From the NCBI GenBank assembly GCA_964494945.1, contig CAZBTX010000001.1, forward strand, positions 67,088-131,087: a stretch of DNA of 64,000 nucleotides, read 5' to 3'. The notes beneath the pieces were generated by a model. It did no database searches. It was not told where the DNA came from and saw only the letters and a program-made list of their open reading frames with translations. Both the position numbers and the translations under genes were made by a program. The DNA comes from an uncultured Candidatus Saccharibacteria bacterium. Its GTDB lineage: Bacteria > Patescibacteriota > Minisyncoccia > Sungbacterales > JACQCQ01. Positions 9,534 to 22,021 of the stretch are shown one piece after another. Positions within the stretch are counted from its first letter, which is position 1. Each line of letters starts with the position of its first letter.

Positions 9534-9977
9534 ATGAATCTCAATAAGGCCATGATCATAGGCAATCTGGTGCGCGATCCGGAATTGCGCCAAACACCGA
9601 CGGGGCAGACGGTGTGTTCATTTGATATCGCGACCAATAGGGTGTGGCTTACCCCAAGCGGAGAGAAAAACCAAAAAGTTGAATACCACCGCATTGTGGC
9701 CTGGGGTAAACTTGCGGATATCTGCGGCCAATATCTTTCAAGAGGGCGCCTAGTATTTGTGGAAGGCAGGATTGAGACAAGGTCCTGGCAAGATAAAGAA
9801 AGCGGCACTAAAAGATACCGCACCGAGATCGTGGCCGAATCCATGCAAATGGGGCCGCGTCCCGGAGAGCGCGAGGAACGTCCTAAAGCCGAAACCGCAC
9901 CAGCCGTTGAAGAAGAACCGGCATCCATTCAATACCCCGGCGGCGAAGATATTGAAGTAAAAGATATACCCTTCTGA
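9534..9977 (+). CDS. ssb: Single-stranded DNA-binding protein
   Basis: MNLNKAMIIGNLVRDPELR N-terminus and acidic DIPF C-terminus. Confidence 0.98.
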   Translation: MNLNKAMIIGNLVRDPELRQTPTGQTVCSFDIATNRVWLTPSGEKNQKVEYHRIVAWGKLADICGQYLSRGRLVFVEGRIETRSWQDKESGTKRYRTEIVAESMQMGPRPGEREERPKAETAPAVEEEPASIQYPGGEDIEVKDIPF

Positions 9978-10100
9978 CTAATACTCAATTTCCAATTACT
10001 AATTTCTAATCAATGACTAATGCCCAAATTTTTAAATTGATCAATTAATCATTGGACATTGGGATTTGATTAGAAATTAGGCATTAGGGATTAGACATTT
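9978..10100. repeat. AT-rich intergenic inverted array of degenerate heptamers (representative of about 10 such spacers)
   Basis: Left arm CAATTTC-CAATTAC-TAATTTC-TAATCAATGAC; right arm GATTAGAAATTAGGCATTAGGGATTAGACATT; similar arrays at 23890, 52886 and 58835. Confidence 0.7.
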
Positions 10101-10140
10101 TATAAACTCTACCAAATTAAATGAGAAGAAACAGAAAATT

Positions 10141-10380
10141 ATGATGAATACTGCAAAATTTATCAAAGCTCCACTGAGGCCCACACAGTGTGCTTTTTGC
10201 GCCACCGGTACGGAAGTCATAAACTACAAAGACAGCGAAATGCTTAGGAAATATTTAAATCCCCAAGGCAAAATTCAACCACGACGCCGAACGGGCACTT
10301 GCGCCCTGCACCAACGATTACTCGCACGCGCCATCAAACGTGCCAGATTTTTAGCCATACTCCCCTATACTATTCGCTGA
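10141..10380 (+). CDS. rpsR: 30S ribosomal protein S18
   Basis: CAFC..INYKD..LRKYL...[33 protein letters not shown]. Confidence 0.97.
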   Translation: MMNTAKFIKAPLRPTQCAFCATGTEVINYKDSEMLRKYLNPQGKIQPRRRTGTCALHQRLLARAIKRARFLAILPYTIR

Positions 10381-10421
10381 TAAGAAACAAGAAGTAAGAA
10401 ACGAGAACCAAGGACTAACGA

Positions 10422-11456
10422 TTACTCGTCCGGTATACTCGCGGCCTCGCCACTGGCGAGTTTTTCTTTTATTATTTTAGTCAGCTCCGATCTTACTTTA
10501 GGGTTTTCTTTCAGGAATAATCTCGCGGCATCAAATCCTTGTCCCAATTTAACGGCACCGTACGATAAAGACGCGCCGGATTTTTTAACTACTCCGTACT
10601 TAATGCCAAGATTTAAAATTTCGCTTTCGGGCGCGATGCCTTGATTGTAGAATATATCAAATTCAGCAGTGCGGAAGGGAGGGGCCACCTTATTTTTTAC
10701 GATCTTGGCTTTCACGCGATTTCCAATGACCTCATCCCCTTTTTTGATCTGGGCTGCCCTACGCACCTCTATTCTCACGGAGGCGTAAAACTTAAGCGCT
10801 TTGCCGCCGGGCGTCGTTTCGGGATTGCCGAAGAAGACGCCGATTTGCATCCTAATTTGATTTATGAAAATTATCGTGGTCTTGCCCTTAGCCACAATGG
10901 CAGTCAATTTTCTTAGTGCGTGCGACATGAGGCGCGCCTGCAGGCCCATGTGCTGCTGGCCCATCTCGCCCTCAATTTCGGCTCTCGGCGTTAAAGCCGC
11001 CACCGAGTCCACCACTATCAGGTCCACCGCGCCGGATTTAACCAAGGATTCAACTATTTCCAACGCTTGCTCGCCGGTGTCCGGCTGTGAAATGAAAAGG
11101 TCGTTAATTTTCACACCTATTTTCTTAGCGTATTCCGGGTCCAGAGCGTGCTCCGCGTCCACGAAAGCCGCGATACCCCCGCGCTTTTGGATTTCAGCGA
11201 CGATATGCAGAGCCAAGGTCGTTTTTCCGGATGATTCCGGACCGTAAAGCTCCACAATCCTGCCCACGGGAACTCCTCCCACGCCGAGGGCCGCGTCAAG
11301 CGCAATGGAGCCGGTGGGGATGGCGTCAACGTCCACCTTGCGGGCCTCACCCAGTTTCATGATGGAACCCTCGCCGTATTTTCCTTGAATCTCCCTTACG
11401 GTGTATTCCAGGGCCTTAGTTTTTGCCGATTTGTTATCTGCCGATGCTTTAGTCAT
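10422..11456 (-). CDS. recA: Recombinase RecA
   Basis: [36 protein letters not shown]. Confidence 0.99.
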   Translation of the reverse strand: MTKASADNKSAKTKALEYTVREIQGKYGEGSIMKLGEARKVDVDAIPTGSIALDAALGVGGVPVGRIVELYGPESSGKTTLALHIVAEIQKRGGIAAFVDAEHALDPEYAKKIGVKINDLFISQPDTGEQALEIVESLVKSGAVDLIVVDSVAALTPRAEIEGEMGQQHMGLQARLMSHALRKLTAIVAKGKTTIIFINQIRMQIGVFFGNPETTPGGKALKFYASVRIEVRRAAQIKKGDEVIGNRVKAKIVKNKVAPPFRTAEFDIFYNQGIAPESEILNLGIKYGVVKKSGASLSYGAVKLGQGFDAARLFLKENPKVRSELTKIIKEKLASGEAASIPDE

Positions 11457-11460
11457 AAAA

Positions 11461-12105
11461 TTAATTTATCAAAAGAATATAGCGCGTTTCCTTAGTTATT
11501 TTGCCGCTGACATTGACCGCCTCAAGGTCTATTCTATTGAGTCCCCCGACAAGATACAACCGTTCTTCAAATCCGCCGTCTTCCGCCAGAGTCACGGGTC
11601 TTTGATTAACGCTTAATCGGGCCTCTTCCTTTAATTGGCCTAGTATCATAATTGACGGCTCCCAGGTCGCGAACAATTTGTCTCTTGGTGCTGTAATTAT
11701 CAATTTCGGGGAGGAAATTAAGAACGAAAGCTGATAACCAAAATAAGAAAGTATTCCGAGCCCTATCAGCGCACTAAGTACAAAGACATTATGTCTGGGT
11801 CGGAGATTCGGCGCCATGCGGCGCCACCAAGCCGGTTTTTGGAAGCGAAGGGCGTCTCGAAAAGCGTAGGTCTCCCATTCGCGTATCATGTCATCGCGGA
11901 AATTCTCATCATAAATCCCCAAAAATTCCGCATAAGCCCTGCCATATTTTTCCCAATAAAGCCGTCCGCCGAATTCTCTGAAATTAGTTTTTTCGGCCGC
12001 TAAAATAAAACGTGCCGCCAAGCCGGTCTTAGCGGATACGGTTTCAACGGTATGCCCCAAGGTTTCCCGCGCCTCGCGTAATCTTTGTCCGATTGACGAC
12101 TCCAT
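11461..12105 (-). CDS. RodZ-like HTH + TM + Ig-like domain protein
   Basis: N-terminal [10 protein letters not shown]...YAEFLG HTH, one TM helix, C-terminal beta domain; position between ftsK and recA is typical. Confidence 0.75.
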   Translation of the reverse strand: MESSIGQRLREARETLGHTVETVSAKTGLAARFILAAEKTNFREFGGRLYWEKYGRAYAEFLGIYDENFRDDMIREWETYAFRDALRFQKPAWWRRMAPNLRPRHNVFVLSALIGLGILSYFGYQLSFLISSPKLIITAPRDKLFATWEPSIMILGQLKEEARLSVNQRPVTLAEDGGFEERLYLVGGLNRIDLEAVNVSGKITKETRYILLIN

Positions 12106-12107
12106 GA

Positions 12108-14270
12108 TCAGATAATTTCGTCCTCATCGATTTCGGCGTCATTTGGACCAGTCGTTCTTTCATGCGGCACTAGAATATCGCGCGGCTTGGCGCCGGAGCC
12201 GGGGCCGATAATTCCATTTTCCTCTAAAATATCCAGGAGCCGCGCGGCTCGGGCGTATCCCACCCTAAGCCGCCGCTGCAGTAAAGAAGCCGAGGCCTTA
12301 CCCGATTCAATAACCGTGCGCTTGGCTTCTTCGTATAGCTCATCCCCGGAATCATCATCGGTTTCCCAGGAACTGCTTTCTTTATCCGGCTTGGGCTCGG
12401 TAATGCCGGTTTCGTATACCGGCGCTTCTTCCTCTTTTTTCAAAAATTCCACGACTTTGCGGACTTCCTGCTCCGTTACAAAAGCGCCCTGGATGCGTCT
12501 GGGTTTGGCCGTATCGCCCGCGAGAAACAGCATATCTCCGTTACCCAGGAGTTTTTCAGCACCCGCCATATCCAGAATGGTGCGGGAATCAACCTGGGAA
12601 CCGGTCTGAAACGCGACACGCGAAGTAATATTGGCCTTTATGAGACCCGTGATTATCTCAACTGACGGGCGCTGGGTGGTCAAGATCAAGTGTATTCCGA
12701 CGGCTCTCGCCATCTGGGCCAATCTCACAACAGAACCCTCAACTTCCCGAGGGAAGGCCATCATGAGGTCCGCTAACTCATCAATGATGACCACAAGATA
12801 AGGCAATGGCTCCTCATCGCCATCTTTTTTAGAAGCCAGGTTCACATTGAAACCTACAAGATCTCTGGCTCCATGCGAGGCCAGCAGTTCGTATCTGCGT
12901 TCCATTTCGCGCACCGCCCATCTAAGGGCGTGAATGGTCTTTTTGGGGTCGGTGATAACGGGCGTTAAAAGATGCGGTATGCCGTTATAAATGGAGAGTT
13001 CAACACGTTTGGGGTCTATCATGACAAAACGCACCACTTCCGGCGGATTGCGGTAAAGATAGGAAGTTATTATGGAATGCATGCAAACCGATTTGCCGGC
13101 GCCCGTAGCGCCCGCGATCAAGACATGCGGCATTCTAGCCAGGTCGGCAAATACGGCCGAACCGGAAACGTCTCTGCCTAAAGTAAACAAAAGGGGGGAG
13201 GCGGACTCTTGATACTGTTTTTCCTGCAATAAACTCCTAAGACCGACAAGCGCTATGGACCGATTTGGCACCTCAATGCCGACAAGCGATTTGCCCGGGA
13301 TAGGGGCTTCCATACGGATAGGATGGGCCGCCAAGGCCAGCGCCAGATCATTTTGCAAAGCTGCGATCCTTGAAAGCTTAACGCCCTCGGCGGGCTTTAG
13401 GGTGTACTGGGTAATGGTTGGGCCTACAGAGACCGTAGACATTTCAACCGGTATGCCGAAATTTTGCAAAGTTCTCTGGATGATATTGGCATTGGCTTTG
13501 ATGTCTCCGGAAGATGGTGTGCCGCGGTCGTCATTCAAGAGATCCAGCGGCGGCCTACGGTAAGCGAATTTATGCGTACGCTTTGGAATAACAAATTCAT
13601 CGGTGTTGGGCATCGCTCGCGGCCGTTCTATGTTTTGCGGCGCGGGGACCAATATCGGTTGAAGTTTTGCTCCCACGGCTTCTTTGGCTTGGCGCAGGGT
13701 ATCGGCTATACCGACCATCACTTCTCCTTCTTCATCAACTTCATCTTCGTCATCTCCATTATCACTTCCGAAATGAAGCAACGGAATATTAAATATGATA
13801 AGGAGTGCCGCGATGTCCAGAGCGCCCAAAATTACCATACTCGCCCAGAAATCAAACACCTTCAGAACGGGATAACTCACAAAGAATCCGATATAACCTC
13901 CGGTTTTATTACCCCAAATAAGTTCCACTATGCCGAGTGATACAGCTAAAGCCAAAAGGAGGCCCACTATGGTTGAAACGTAAAATCGCTCGCGAAGCGA
14001 CATCAAAAATGAAAGCCCGCCTAACACCAATACGGCCGGCGCCAAAAAATACCCCCTGCCCAGAAGAGAGTCCAGAATAAGAAAAAAATATTGTCCGAGA
14101 ACCCCGGCCTTAGCGGTATAGGCCAGGATCGTAAGAATAGCCGCCGTGAAAAATATGACAGCGAGCACGCTCTTTTTGGTCTCTGGCGATAAATCGTCGT
14201 GCCAGGCACGGCCTTTTGCCTTATCTCTGGGTTTTTCAAGAGGTGGTCTTCCTCGTTTTCGTTTGGGCAT
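12108..14270 (-). CDS. ftsK: DNA translocase FtsK/SpoIIIE
   Basis: N-terminal TMs, PHVLIAGATGAGKS, IDELADLM, gamma domain ASASLLQRRLRVGYARAARL. Confidence 0.98.
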   Translation of the reverse strand: MPKRKRGRPPLEKPRDKAKGRAWHDDLSPETKKSVLAVIFFTAAILTILAYTAKAGVLGQYFFLILDSLLGRGYFLAPAVLVLGGLSFLMSLRERFYVSTIVGLLLALAVSLGIVELIWGNKTGGYIGFFVSYPVLKVFDFWASMVILGALDIAALLIIFNIPLLHFGSDNGDDEDEVDEEGEVMVGIADTLRQAKEAVGAKLQPILVPAPQNIERPRAMPNTDEFVIPKRTHKFAYRRPPLDLLNDDRGTPSSGDIKANANIIQRTLQNFGIPVEMSTVSVGPTITQYTLKPAEGVKLSRIAALQNDLALALAAHPIRMEAPIPGKSLVGIEVPNRSIALVGLRSLLQEKQYQESASPLLFTLGRDVSGSAVFADLARMPHVLIAGATGAGKSVCMHSIITSYLYRNPPEVVRFVMIDPKRVELSIYNGIPHLLTPVITDPKKTIHALRWAVREMERRYELLASHGARDLVGFNVNLASKKDGDEEPLPYLVVIIDELADLMMAFPREVEGSVVRLAQMARAVGIHLILTTQRPSVEIITGLIKANITSRVAFQTGSQVDSRTILDMAGAEKLLGNGDMLFLAGDTAKPRRIQGAFVTEQEVRKVVEFLKKEEEAPVYETGITEPKPDKESSSWETDDDSGDELYEEAKRTVIESGKASASLLQRRLRVGYARAARLLDILEENGIIGPGSGAKPRDILVPHERTTGPNDAEIDEDEII

Positions 14271-14473
14271 ATCCGATAATACTTGCCTATTGTATCATTT
14301 TACCCCCATACCCAAGAAGCTACACCCGGGAGAAGGCGCAAACTTAGTAGGGCGTGAGGGTTTACTCCGCGCCCAGAAAGCCGCGTTTTTTAAAGCGGGG
14401 ACGAGAATAGATACAAATCTACTTGCGGCAAAATCATACGTTCAATTTGCGGTCGCAAATTGAACGTATGATT

Positions 14474-14509
14474 TTTAAAAGCCCCCGACGTACGTCGGGG
14501 GCTTTTAAA
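14474..14509. terminator. Perfect hairpin terminator downstream of rpoC
   Basis: TTTAAAAGCCCCCGACGT/ACGTCGGGGGCTTTTAAA perfect palindrome. Confidence 0.8.
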
Positions 14510-14518
14510 TCAGCAAGA

Positions 14519-17500
14519 TTATTCGATCTTGGGGGCCGCAAGCTCGGTGTTACGTATCTCTTTTCGTTTATACCCGGCGATTGGACGTTTCTTATAACCC
14601 GTACCGGCCGGTATCAGGCGCCCGATGATGACATTTTCTTTGAGACCCCTTAGCCAATCTTTTTTTCCTTCAATGGCCGCACCAATCAGCACACGCGCCG
14701 TTTCCTGAAATGAAGCCGAGGAAAGGAAGCTGTCGGTCGTAAGCGCGACCTTAGTTATTCCCAGGAGTATCTGGACGGCTTTGGGCGGCGTTTTTTTGGC
14801 ATGCTCCATCGTTCTTTTCTCTTCACGGAACCTGGTTTTCTCCGCGATCTCGCCAACCGTGAAAGAGGTATTGCCGGGATCTTTGATGCGAACCCTGGAG
14901 AACATTTGGCGCACAATAACCTCAATGTGCTTGTCGTGAATAGGTGCGCCTTGCAGAGAATATATTTTTTGTATCTCTTTGATGATGTAATTTTGCGTAA
15001 CGCTCGAGCCGGCGTATTTGAAAAGTTCTTTTAGATCGGCATGCCCTTCACTGATAATATCGCCGCGCTTGATGCTATCCCCCTTCTTGACATAGACGCC
15101 GATGTGAGTAGGTAAACGGTATTCTTTTCTGTCTTCAAGCGTCGTAGTTTTAGATTTAGCGGACTTTCTTTTGGCCTTAGGGAATTCTTCGTCTGGCACA
15201 ATGCCCACGCTAATAATACGCTCTCTGCCAATCTCCGTTATTTCCTCGACTATGCCGGAAACGTCCGCTACCAAGGCCTTACCTCTCGGCGGCCGCACCT
15301 CAAATACCTCATCAACGCGCGGCAAACCCAGAGTGATATCGGAAGCCCCGGCCACCCCGCCTACATGGAAGGTGCGCATGGTCAGTTGTGTACCCGGCTC
15401 TCCGATGGCTTGCGCCGCTACAATACCTACCGCCTCGCCTATGCCGATCAAAGCGTTTTTGCCCAAATCGTATCCGTAACATTTTTGACAAATGCCGCGG
15501 AAACCCCGGCAAGTAATGGGAGAACGGACTTCCACATTTTCAACTCCCGCGTCCTCTATCAATTTGCTTAGATCCCTATTGATAAAAGTCCCGGCTTTAG
15601 CAATTACTTTGCCTTTGGCGTCCTTAACGTCTTTTAGAAGAGCCCGGGAAAAAATCCTTAAGGACAGGACTCGCCCGATCTCCGCGGAATCAGACCTTAA
15701 TATCGTAATACCTTTTTCCGTTTTGCAATCCTCTTCCGCCACTACCACATCCTGAGATACGTCAACCAATCGGCGCGTTAAGTAACCGGCCTTGGCGGTG
15801 CGAAGCGCCGTATCGGCCGTGCCTTTTCTGGCGCCATGCGTGGAAATGAAATACTCCAGCACGTTCAGCCCCTCTTTATAGGAAGAGATAACCGGCAACT
15901 CCATAATGCGGCCGGCGGGATTTTTAACCAATCCCTTCATACCCGACATTTGCATGGTTTGGTCAATGGAACCGCGGGCCTTGGATACCATCATTAAGGC
16001 GGGAGGACTTTTGGGGTTAAGCGCCAAAGGAACCGCTGCTTTAACTTTATCCATGGTATCGCGCCAGACCTCTATGACCCGTTCGTATCTCTCGCGTTCC
16101 GTAAGAAGCCCGGTTTGATATTGCGCGGAAATGGTAGCAACTTCTTTTTCTGCCGCAGCTATCAATACTTCCTTCTCCGGCGGCACCCTCAAGTCGTCCA
16201 TACCCCAAGAAATGCCGGACTTAGTCGCAAATTCAAACCCAAAACGTTTTATGCGGTCCAGAATTTCCGGACTTCCCGCCGTTCCGTAGGACTTTATGAT
16301 ATTGGATACCACGGCTTCCAAACTCCTGGAGGTCATCTCGATATTTATATATTCGTGTTCCGGGGGCAACACGCGATTAAAGAGCAAACGTCCAGGGGTT
16401 GTTTCTATAATCTCATCACCCCTATGTGTACGCTTGACGCCATTAGCTCCATAGATCTTTTCTTTAGGCAAACAAATTTTTACCTTGGCTCCTAGGGCTA
16501 CCTGATCAAAATCATACGCTAAAATGACCTCTTCTTCCGAACTAAATATCTTGCCTTCGCCTAAGGCCCCGGTCTCGATGGCTGTCGCCCAATAGCATCC
16601 CAAAACCATATCCTGGCTATGCAGCACTACGGGCGAGCCGGTGGCTGGTTTTAGGAGATTGACGGATGAAAGCATTATCTCGCGAGCTTCTCTTTGGGCC
16701 TCATCGGTCAAAGGCACATGCACCGCCATTTGGTCGCCGTCAAAATCCGCGTTGAAAGCGCTACAAACCAACGGATGAATTTGGATGGCGTCCCCCTCTA
16801 TCAAGATCGGCTGGAAGGCCTGGATACCCAAGCGGTGCAGGGTCGGAGCGCGATTCAGGAGCACATATTTCCCCTGAATGACCTCTTCTAATATTGCCCA
16901 AACCTCCGGCGGCCGCTCTTCTATCAATTTACCAGCGCCACGGATGTTGTGGGCAATTTCCAGTTCCAAAAGACGGCGGATCACAAAGGGTTTGAAAAGC
17001 TCCAAAGCCATTTTTTTGGGCAAGCCGCACTGATGAAGCTTAAGATCGGGGCCTACGACTATAACCGAGCGGCCGGAGTAGTCCACGCGCTTACCCAGTA
17101 AATTCTGCCTGAATCTACCCTGTTTGCCTTTCAGCATATCGGAAAGCGACCTTAAGGGGCGTCGCTGGACTTGAGAAGCCACGGGGTTCTGGCCGCGGCG
17201 GATACTGTTATCAATCAACGCATCCACCGCTTCTTGCAGCATGCGCTTCTCGTTTCTAGTGATGACTTCGGGCGCTTTCAGTTCGTGTAGCCGCTTCAGT
17301 CGATTGTTGCGATTGATGACTCTACGATACAGGTCGTTCAAGTCGGAAGTCGCGAACCTGCCGCCGTCTAACTGCACCATGGGCCGCAAATCAGGGGGTA
17401 TTACCGGAATGACAGTCAAAAACATCCACTCGGGGCGAAGGCCAGCCGCAATCATGCCCCTCGCCACCTTCAAACGTTTGATAAGTTTCTTTTTAGCCAA

Positions 17501-18223
17501 TGGCGTTGCGGTTTCCATTTCGGCGCCGAGCTGATGCTCCAATTTATGAAGGTCGACTCTTTCCGTGATCCTTCTTAGAGCCTCCGATCCTATTTCAGCA
17601 CTGAATACATTGCCGTATTTGAGGGACAAGCGATGATATTCAACTTCGGAGATAACACGGTTCAATTCCAGCGAACGCAATTCGTCTTTAGCCCTGTCCT
17701 TGGCCTCTTTTAGGCGCGCTAATTCTGGCTTGTCGGCTTTTTTGATCTTTACTTTATATTCCCGTTCCACGTTTTCCAGCGCTTCTGCTTTAGCTTTCTC
17801 GTCAATGTAAGTAATGATGTAACCCGCGAAATAAATGACTTTTTCCAGATCCGAAACCGACATGTCTAAAATAAGTCCGATCTTGGAAGGCACGCCCCTT
17901 AAGAACCAAATGTGCGAAACGGGAGATGCCAGTTTAATATGCCCCATGCGTTCCCGGCGCACGATAGAGCGCGTAACTTCCACTCCGCATTTTTCGCAAA
18001 CGATGCCCTTGTAGCGAATGCGGCGGTACTTGCCGCAATAGCATTCCCAGTCCTTGGCGGGTCCGAAAATGCGCTCGTCAAAAAGCCCGTCGCGCTCGGC
18101 CCGATTTGTTCGGTAGTTCACCGTTTCGGGTTTGGTAACTTCTCCGTGCGACCAGCCCAAAATCACGTCGGGAGACGCTAGACGCAGGGTGATGGCTTCA
18201 AAATCGCGTAGTCGTGTTTCCAT
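14519..18223 (-). CDS. rpoC: RNA polymerase beta' subunit
   Basis: [24 protein letters not shown] and the N-terminal Zn finger. Confidence 0.99.
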   Translation of the reverse strand: METRLRDFEAITLRLASPDVILGWSHGEVTKPETVNYRTNRAERDGLFDERIFGPAKDWECYCGKYRRIRYKGIVCEKCGVEVTRSIVRRERMGHIKLASPVSHIWFLRGVPSKIGLILDMSVSDLEKVIYFAGYIITYIDEKAKAEALENVEREYKVKIKKADKPELARLKEAKDRAKDELRSLELNRVISEVEYHRLSLKYGNVFSAEIGSEALRRITERVDLHKLEHQLGAEMETATPLAKKKLIKRLKVARGMIAAGLRPEWMFLTVIPVIPPDLRPMVQLDGGRFATSDLNDLYRRVINRNNRLKRLHELKAPEVITRNEKRMLQEAVDALIDNSIRRGQNPVASQVQRRPLRSLSDMLKGKQGRFRQNLLGKRVDYSGRSVIVVGPDLKLHQCGLPKKMALELFKPFVIRRLLELEIAHNIRGAGKLIEERPPEVWAILEEVIQGKYVLLNRAPTLHRLGIQAFQPILIEGDAIQIHPLVCSAFNADFDGDQMAVHVPLTDEAQREAREIMLSSVNLLKPATGSPVVLHSQDMVLGCYWATAIETGALGEGKIFSSEEEVILAYDFDQVALGAKVKICLPKEKIYGANGVKRTHRGDEIIETTPGRLLFNRVLPPEHEYINIEMTSRSLEAVVSNIIKSYGTAGSPEILDRIKRFGFEFATKSGISWGMDDLRVPPEKEVLIAAAEKEVATISAQYQTGLLTERERYERVIEVWRDTMDKVKAAVPLALNPKSPPALMMVSKARGSIDQTMQMSGMKGLVKNPAGRIMELPVISSYKEGLNVLEYFISTHGARKGTADTALRTAKAGYLTRRLVDVSQDVVVAEEDCKTEKGITILRSDSAEIGRVLSLRIFSRALLKDVKDAKGKVIAKAGTFINRDLSKLIEDAGVENVEVRSPITCRGFRGICQKCYGYDLGKNALIGIGEAVGIVAAQAIGEPGTQLTMRTFHVGGVAGASDITLGLPRVDEVFEVRPPRGKALVADVSGIVEEITEIGRERIISVGIVPDEEFPKAKRKSAKSKTTTLEDRKEYRLPTHIGVYVKKGDSIKRGDIISEGHADLKELFKYAGSSVTQNYIIKEIQKIYSLQGAPIHDKHIEVIVRQMFSRVRIKDPGNTSFTVGEIAEKTRFREEKRTMEHAKKTPPKAVQILLGITKVALTTDSFLSSASFQETARVLIGAAIEGKKDWLRGLKENVIIGRLIPAGTGYKKRPIAGYKRKEIRNTELAAPKIE

Positions 18224-18282
18224 GCCAGTGATGTCTAAATTTGCGAGGCCAAGGCTGAAGCAAATTTAGCTACAGCATTGAG

Positions 18283-18399
18283 TACCCCCCACCACTCCTG
18301 ACATAAGACCAGTGTATATGGGAGGATGTAAGGCGAAGCCGCCTGGCGGCTCTGTCTTTTGAATAAGTGTGAGTGTGACATAAGGAGTGGCGGGGGGTA
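18283..18399. repeat. Palindromic intergenic element (ACCCCC-ACC...GGTG-GGGGT family)
   Basis: TACCCCCCACCACTCCT...AGGAGTGGCGGGGGGTA; related arms at 14299-14364, 34474-34547, 52597-52642 and 54061-54108. Confidence 0.55.
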
Positions 18400-18454
18400 A
18401 AGGTTTTGTGGCATAATTTTATTCGCTGATGCTCTAAAATTCTGACAAAATCCT

Positions 18455-21400
18455 TTACTTACTCACCATTCTTTCTTTAACACTTGCGTCTTTGGACCGG
18501 ACACTTTCAATATCCGGAATAATTTCTTCTTTTTTCTCTATCAGATCAACGTCCAGCGCCAAGCCCTTGAGCTCGTTCACTAAAACATTAAATGAAGCCG
18601 GGAGGTTGGGTGCTTGTATCTTCTCTCCGTTGATGATGGCTTCGTAGGTGGCAGACCGGCCTTGTACGTCGTCGGACTTAATGGTCAACATTTCCTGCAG
18701 GGTATAGGCAGCTCCGTATCCTTCCAACGCCCATACTTCCATTTCCCCGAATCTCTGTCCGCCGAATTGCGCCTTGCCGCCCAAGGGCTGCTGGGTAATA
18801 AGCGAATAAGGCCCGATGGAACGCATGTGAATTTTATCCTCAACCAAATGATTGAGTTTCAACATATAAATACAGCCGACAGTAACTTTCTGGCTGAAGG
18901 ATTCACCTGTGCGCCCATCAAAGAGCTTGACCTTGCCGTCTTCCGAAAGTCCGGCCTTTTTTAGTTCTTCTTTGATCTCTAATTCAGCGGCGCCCGCCAA
19001 GGCCGGTGTAATGGCTTGATATCCCAAATGCTTGGCCGCCCACCCCAAATGCGTCTCCAAAATTTGGCCAATATTCATGCGAGAGGCCACCCCCAGGGGG
19101 TTTAAAATAATATCAACGGGCGTGCCATCGGCTAAATGCGGCATATCTTCCTCCGGCAAAATGCGCGAAATCACGCCTTTATTGCCGTGGCGGCCCGCAA
19201 GCTTGTCTCCAACGGCGATTTTGCGAAGTTGCGCCACCTCCACCTGTACTTGCTTGATCACGCCGGATTCCAGCTTGTCACCAAGTTCTCTGGAGAACTC
19301 CTGAATGCCGACTACCCTGCCGCGCTTGCCGTGGGGCAAGCGCAAAGACGTGTCTTTAACATCCTTGGCTTTTTCGCCGAAGATCGCTCGGAGCAATCTT
19401 TCTTCGGGCGTTAGATCCGCTTCGCCCTTGGGCGTAATTTTGCCGACTAGAATATCCTGCGAGCGCACCTCCGAGCCAATTCTCACAACCCCCGATTCAT
19501 CCAAATTACGCAGAGCCGTTTCTCCCACATTGGGGATATCGGCGGATGTCACCTCCGGTCCCAACTTGGTGTCGCGAACCGCAATGGAGTAATCTTCAAT
19601 GTGCACGGAGGTAAAAGTATCCTCGTGAACCAATCTCTCATTGATGATTATGGCGTCTTCGTAATTGAACCCGCCCCAAGAAAGAAATGCTACCACTAAA
19701 TTCTTGCCGAGTGCTAATTCCCCATGGTCGGTTGAAGAGCTATCAGCCAGAACCTCCCCCCCGAAAACCTTATCGCCCCTTTTTACGCGTACTTTCTGGC
19801 GGACCGTAGTACCCTGATTAGAACGCAGGAAAGAATTCAACTGGTGTTTAACTGGTTTTGTGGTTTTGTGGTTTTTTACGACTATATGACTGGCATCCGC
19901 TTCCGTGACCTCTCCTTCTTCTTCTGCTAAAAGCACTCTTCCGGAGTCCTTAGCGGAGCGGGCCTCAACGCCGGTTGAAACGAAGGGTAATTCAGGAACT
20001 ACCAGGGGAACGGCCTGCTTTTGCATGTTAGAGCCCATCATGGCTCGATTGGCGTCGTCATGTTCCAGGAATGGAATTAAGCTGGTTGCGATACTGATGG
20101 ATTGCTGACTGGAAACGTCCATCCACTCAACTTTCTCTTTATCCACAGTCGTGGGTTGCCCGGCAATACGTACCTCCACTCTTGGCTCAACTATCAGCCC
20201 ATCCCTAACTTCGGTGGAAGCATGCGCGATAACATACTGCGCTTCCTGCGAAGCGTTCATGTAAACAATCTTGTCGGTTAGACGCGCGTTCTCAACTTTA
20301 ACGTAAGGCGTTTCAATTAATCCTAGTTCGTTAATGCGAGCATACCCCGCCAAACGCACCACAAGCCCGATATTCGGCCCTTCGGGGGTATGAATGGGGC
20401 AAATACGGCCGTAGTGGGTCGGATGCACATCGCGGACTTCAAAGCCGGCGCGTTCTCTGGCAAGGCCGCCGGGACCTAGGGCCGACAGCAATCTTTCGTG
20501 CTCTAGTTCCGAAAGAGGATTGGTCTGGTCCATGAATTGGGAAAGTTGCGAGGAGGTAAAAAATTCTTTAAGCGAAGCAATGAAGGGTCTTGCGTTTATC
20601 AGTTGCGCCGGAGTCAATGTATAAATATCCAGTGTGGACATGCGATCCCGGATGATGCGGGACATTCTGGCAATACCGATGCGAAGCTTTTGCTGCATAA
20701 GCTCGCCGACGCCTCTCACCCTGCGATTGCCCAGCGCGTCTATGTCGTCCGCCGCCGCTTCTTGTTTGTTGTTCAAATTAATTATCTCGCGGATAACCGC
20801 TATTAGATCTTCCAGCGTTAGAACTCTATACTCTTCCTTGGTGTAATCTTTTTTAGAGAGCCCCAACCGCTGATTGAATTTATATCTTCCGACTTCAGCC
20901 AGGTCATAACGCTCAAAGGAAAACATAGAATCAATAAGTGCGCGGGCGTTGTCCACCGTTGCCAGGTCCCCCGGGCGAATGCGTTTATAAACCTCAATAT
21001 AGGCCTCATCGCGGTTCTTGGTCTGGTCTTTTTCCAACGTCTTTTTTATATGGTTGATCTCTCCGGTGTCTATATCTTTAAAGCTATCTTCAATGAACAC
21101 CGTGTCAGCAGCGCCAAAAACGCGCAAAAGCGAAGTAATGGGTATTTTGCGCCGGCGGTCAATTTTGGCGATGATGGTGCCGTCCGTTTCCGTTTCAAAT
21201 TCAAGCCAAGCGCCGCGATTGGGAATGATTTTGGCGCCGTAAAGCTTTCGCCCTCTTGTTTGATTCATGGTGAAATAAACCCCGGAAGAACGGATGAGCT
21301 GGGATACCACCACCCTTTCAACTCCATTCACGACAAATGTGCCTCTTGGCGTCATAATGGGAAAATCCCCGAGATATATTTCCTGCTCTTTGACTTCGCC

Positions 21401-21691
21401 GGTGCGTTTGTTGGTCAATTTTGCCGTAACGCGCAACGCCGCTTCAAACGAAAGGTTGCGGCTTTTGGCTTCGGCTTCCGCGTATTTCGGCTCGTCCAGA
21501 TAATAGTCCAGAAATTCCAGAGAAAGCTCTTTGGCGGTATAGTCGTGGATCGGCGAGATCTCGTTAAAAAGCTCCCTTAAGCCCTTCTTGAAGAACCAAT
21601 TATACGAATTTAATTGAACTTCCGAGAGTAGCGGAAGCTCTATCAATGGTTTTCTATAACGGGAGAAGTATTTCTTGGGTAATTTTTCCAT
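18455..21691 (-). CDS. rpoB: RNA polymerase beta subunit
   Basis: GDKLAGRHGNKG, GGQRFGEMEVWALE, RDVHPTHYGRICP. Confidence 0.99.
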   Translation of the reverse strand: MEKLPKKYFSRYRKPLIELPLLSEVQLNSYNWFFKKGLRELFNEISPIHDYTAKELSLEFLDYYLDEPKYAEAEAKSRNLSFEAALRVTAKLTNKRTGEVKEQEIYLGDFPIMTPRGTFVVNGVERVVVSQLIRSSGVYFTMNQTRGRKLYGAKIIPNRGAWLEFETETDGTIIAKIDRRRKIPITSLLRVFGAADTVFIEDSFKDIDTGEINHIKKTLEKDQTKNRDEAYIEVYKRIRPGDLATVDNARALIDSMFSFERYDLAEVGRYKFNQRLGLSKKDYTKEEYRVLTLEDLIAVIREIINLNNKQEAAADDIDALGNRRVRGVGELMQQKLRIGIARMSRIIRDRMSTLDIYTLTPAQLINARPFIASLKEFFTSSQLSQFMDQTNPLSELEHERLLSALGPGGLARERAGFEVRDVHPTHYGRICPIHTPEGPNIGLVVRLAGYARINELGLIETPYVKVENARLTDKIVYMNASQEAQYVIAHASTEVRDGLIVEPRVEVRIAGQPTTVDKEKVEWMDVSSQQSISIATSLIPFLEHDDANRAMMGSNMQKQAVPLVVPELPFVSTGVEARSAKDSGRVLLAEEEGEVTEADASHIVVKNHKTTKPVKHQLNSFLRSNQGTTVRQKVRVKRGDKVFGGEVLADSSSTDHGELALGKNLVVAFLSWGGFNYEDAIIINERLVHEDTFTSVHIEDYSIAVRDTKLGPEVTSADIPNVGETALRNLDESGVVRIGSEVRSQDILVGKITPKGEADLTPEERLLRAIFGEKAKDVKDTSLRLPHGKRGRVVGIQEFSRELGDKLESGVIKQVQVEVAQLRKIAVGDKLAGRHGNKGVISRILPEEDMPHLADGTPVDIILNPLGVASRMNIGQILETHLGWAAKHLGYQAITPALAGAAELEIKEELKKAGLSEDGKVKLFDGRTGESFSQKVTVGCIYMLKLNHLVEDKIHMRSIGPYSLITQQPLGGKAQFGGQRFGEMEVWALEGYGAAYTLQEMLTIKSDDVQGRSATYEAIINGEKIQAPNLPASFNVLVNELKGLALDVDLIEKKEEIIPDIESVRSKDASVKERMVSK

Positions 21692-21799
21692 CCTTCGCTA
21701 CCTCGCTTCGCTCGGAGCTACGGATGGCACAGCCATTTGGGGACATGATTCGCGGGTATAAACCCTGCGGATGATGTCATCCGAAGCTTTAGCGAAGGA
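21691..21799. repeat. Palindromic element abutting the rpoB start codon
   Basis: TCCTTCGCTA...TAGCGAAGGA terminal inverted repeat with inner arms AGCTACGGATGGCA/TGTCATCCGAAGCT. Confidence 0.6.
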
Positions 21800-22021
21800 G
21801 GACTATTTACTAATACTTAGTTAAAGCCGCAACTTGAAACACACGCGCAAATAAAACACAAACGAAAAGTCCCTCCGTTAGATTAGGGATTCCGCTAATT
21901 TTTGCGATTGCCTAGTAAGTTCGCAAAATAATTATCTTATAATACTTGTCTACCCCCTCCCTCGCCCTCAACGGGTGAGAAAATTGATATTGGGTTTAGT
22001 ATACTCGTCCTAAAGAGTATG

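Noticed and set aside
14375-14402. IS200/IS605-like end hairpin (AAAGCCGCGTTTTTTAAAGCGGGG)
   Set aside because: Single weak match, with no tnpA/tnpB or partner end.
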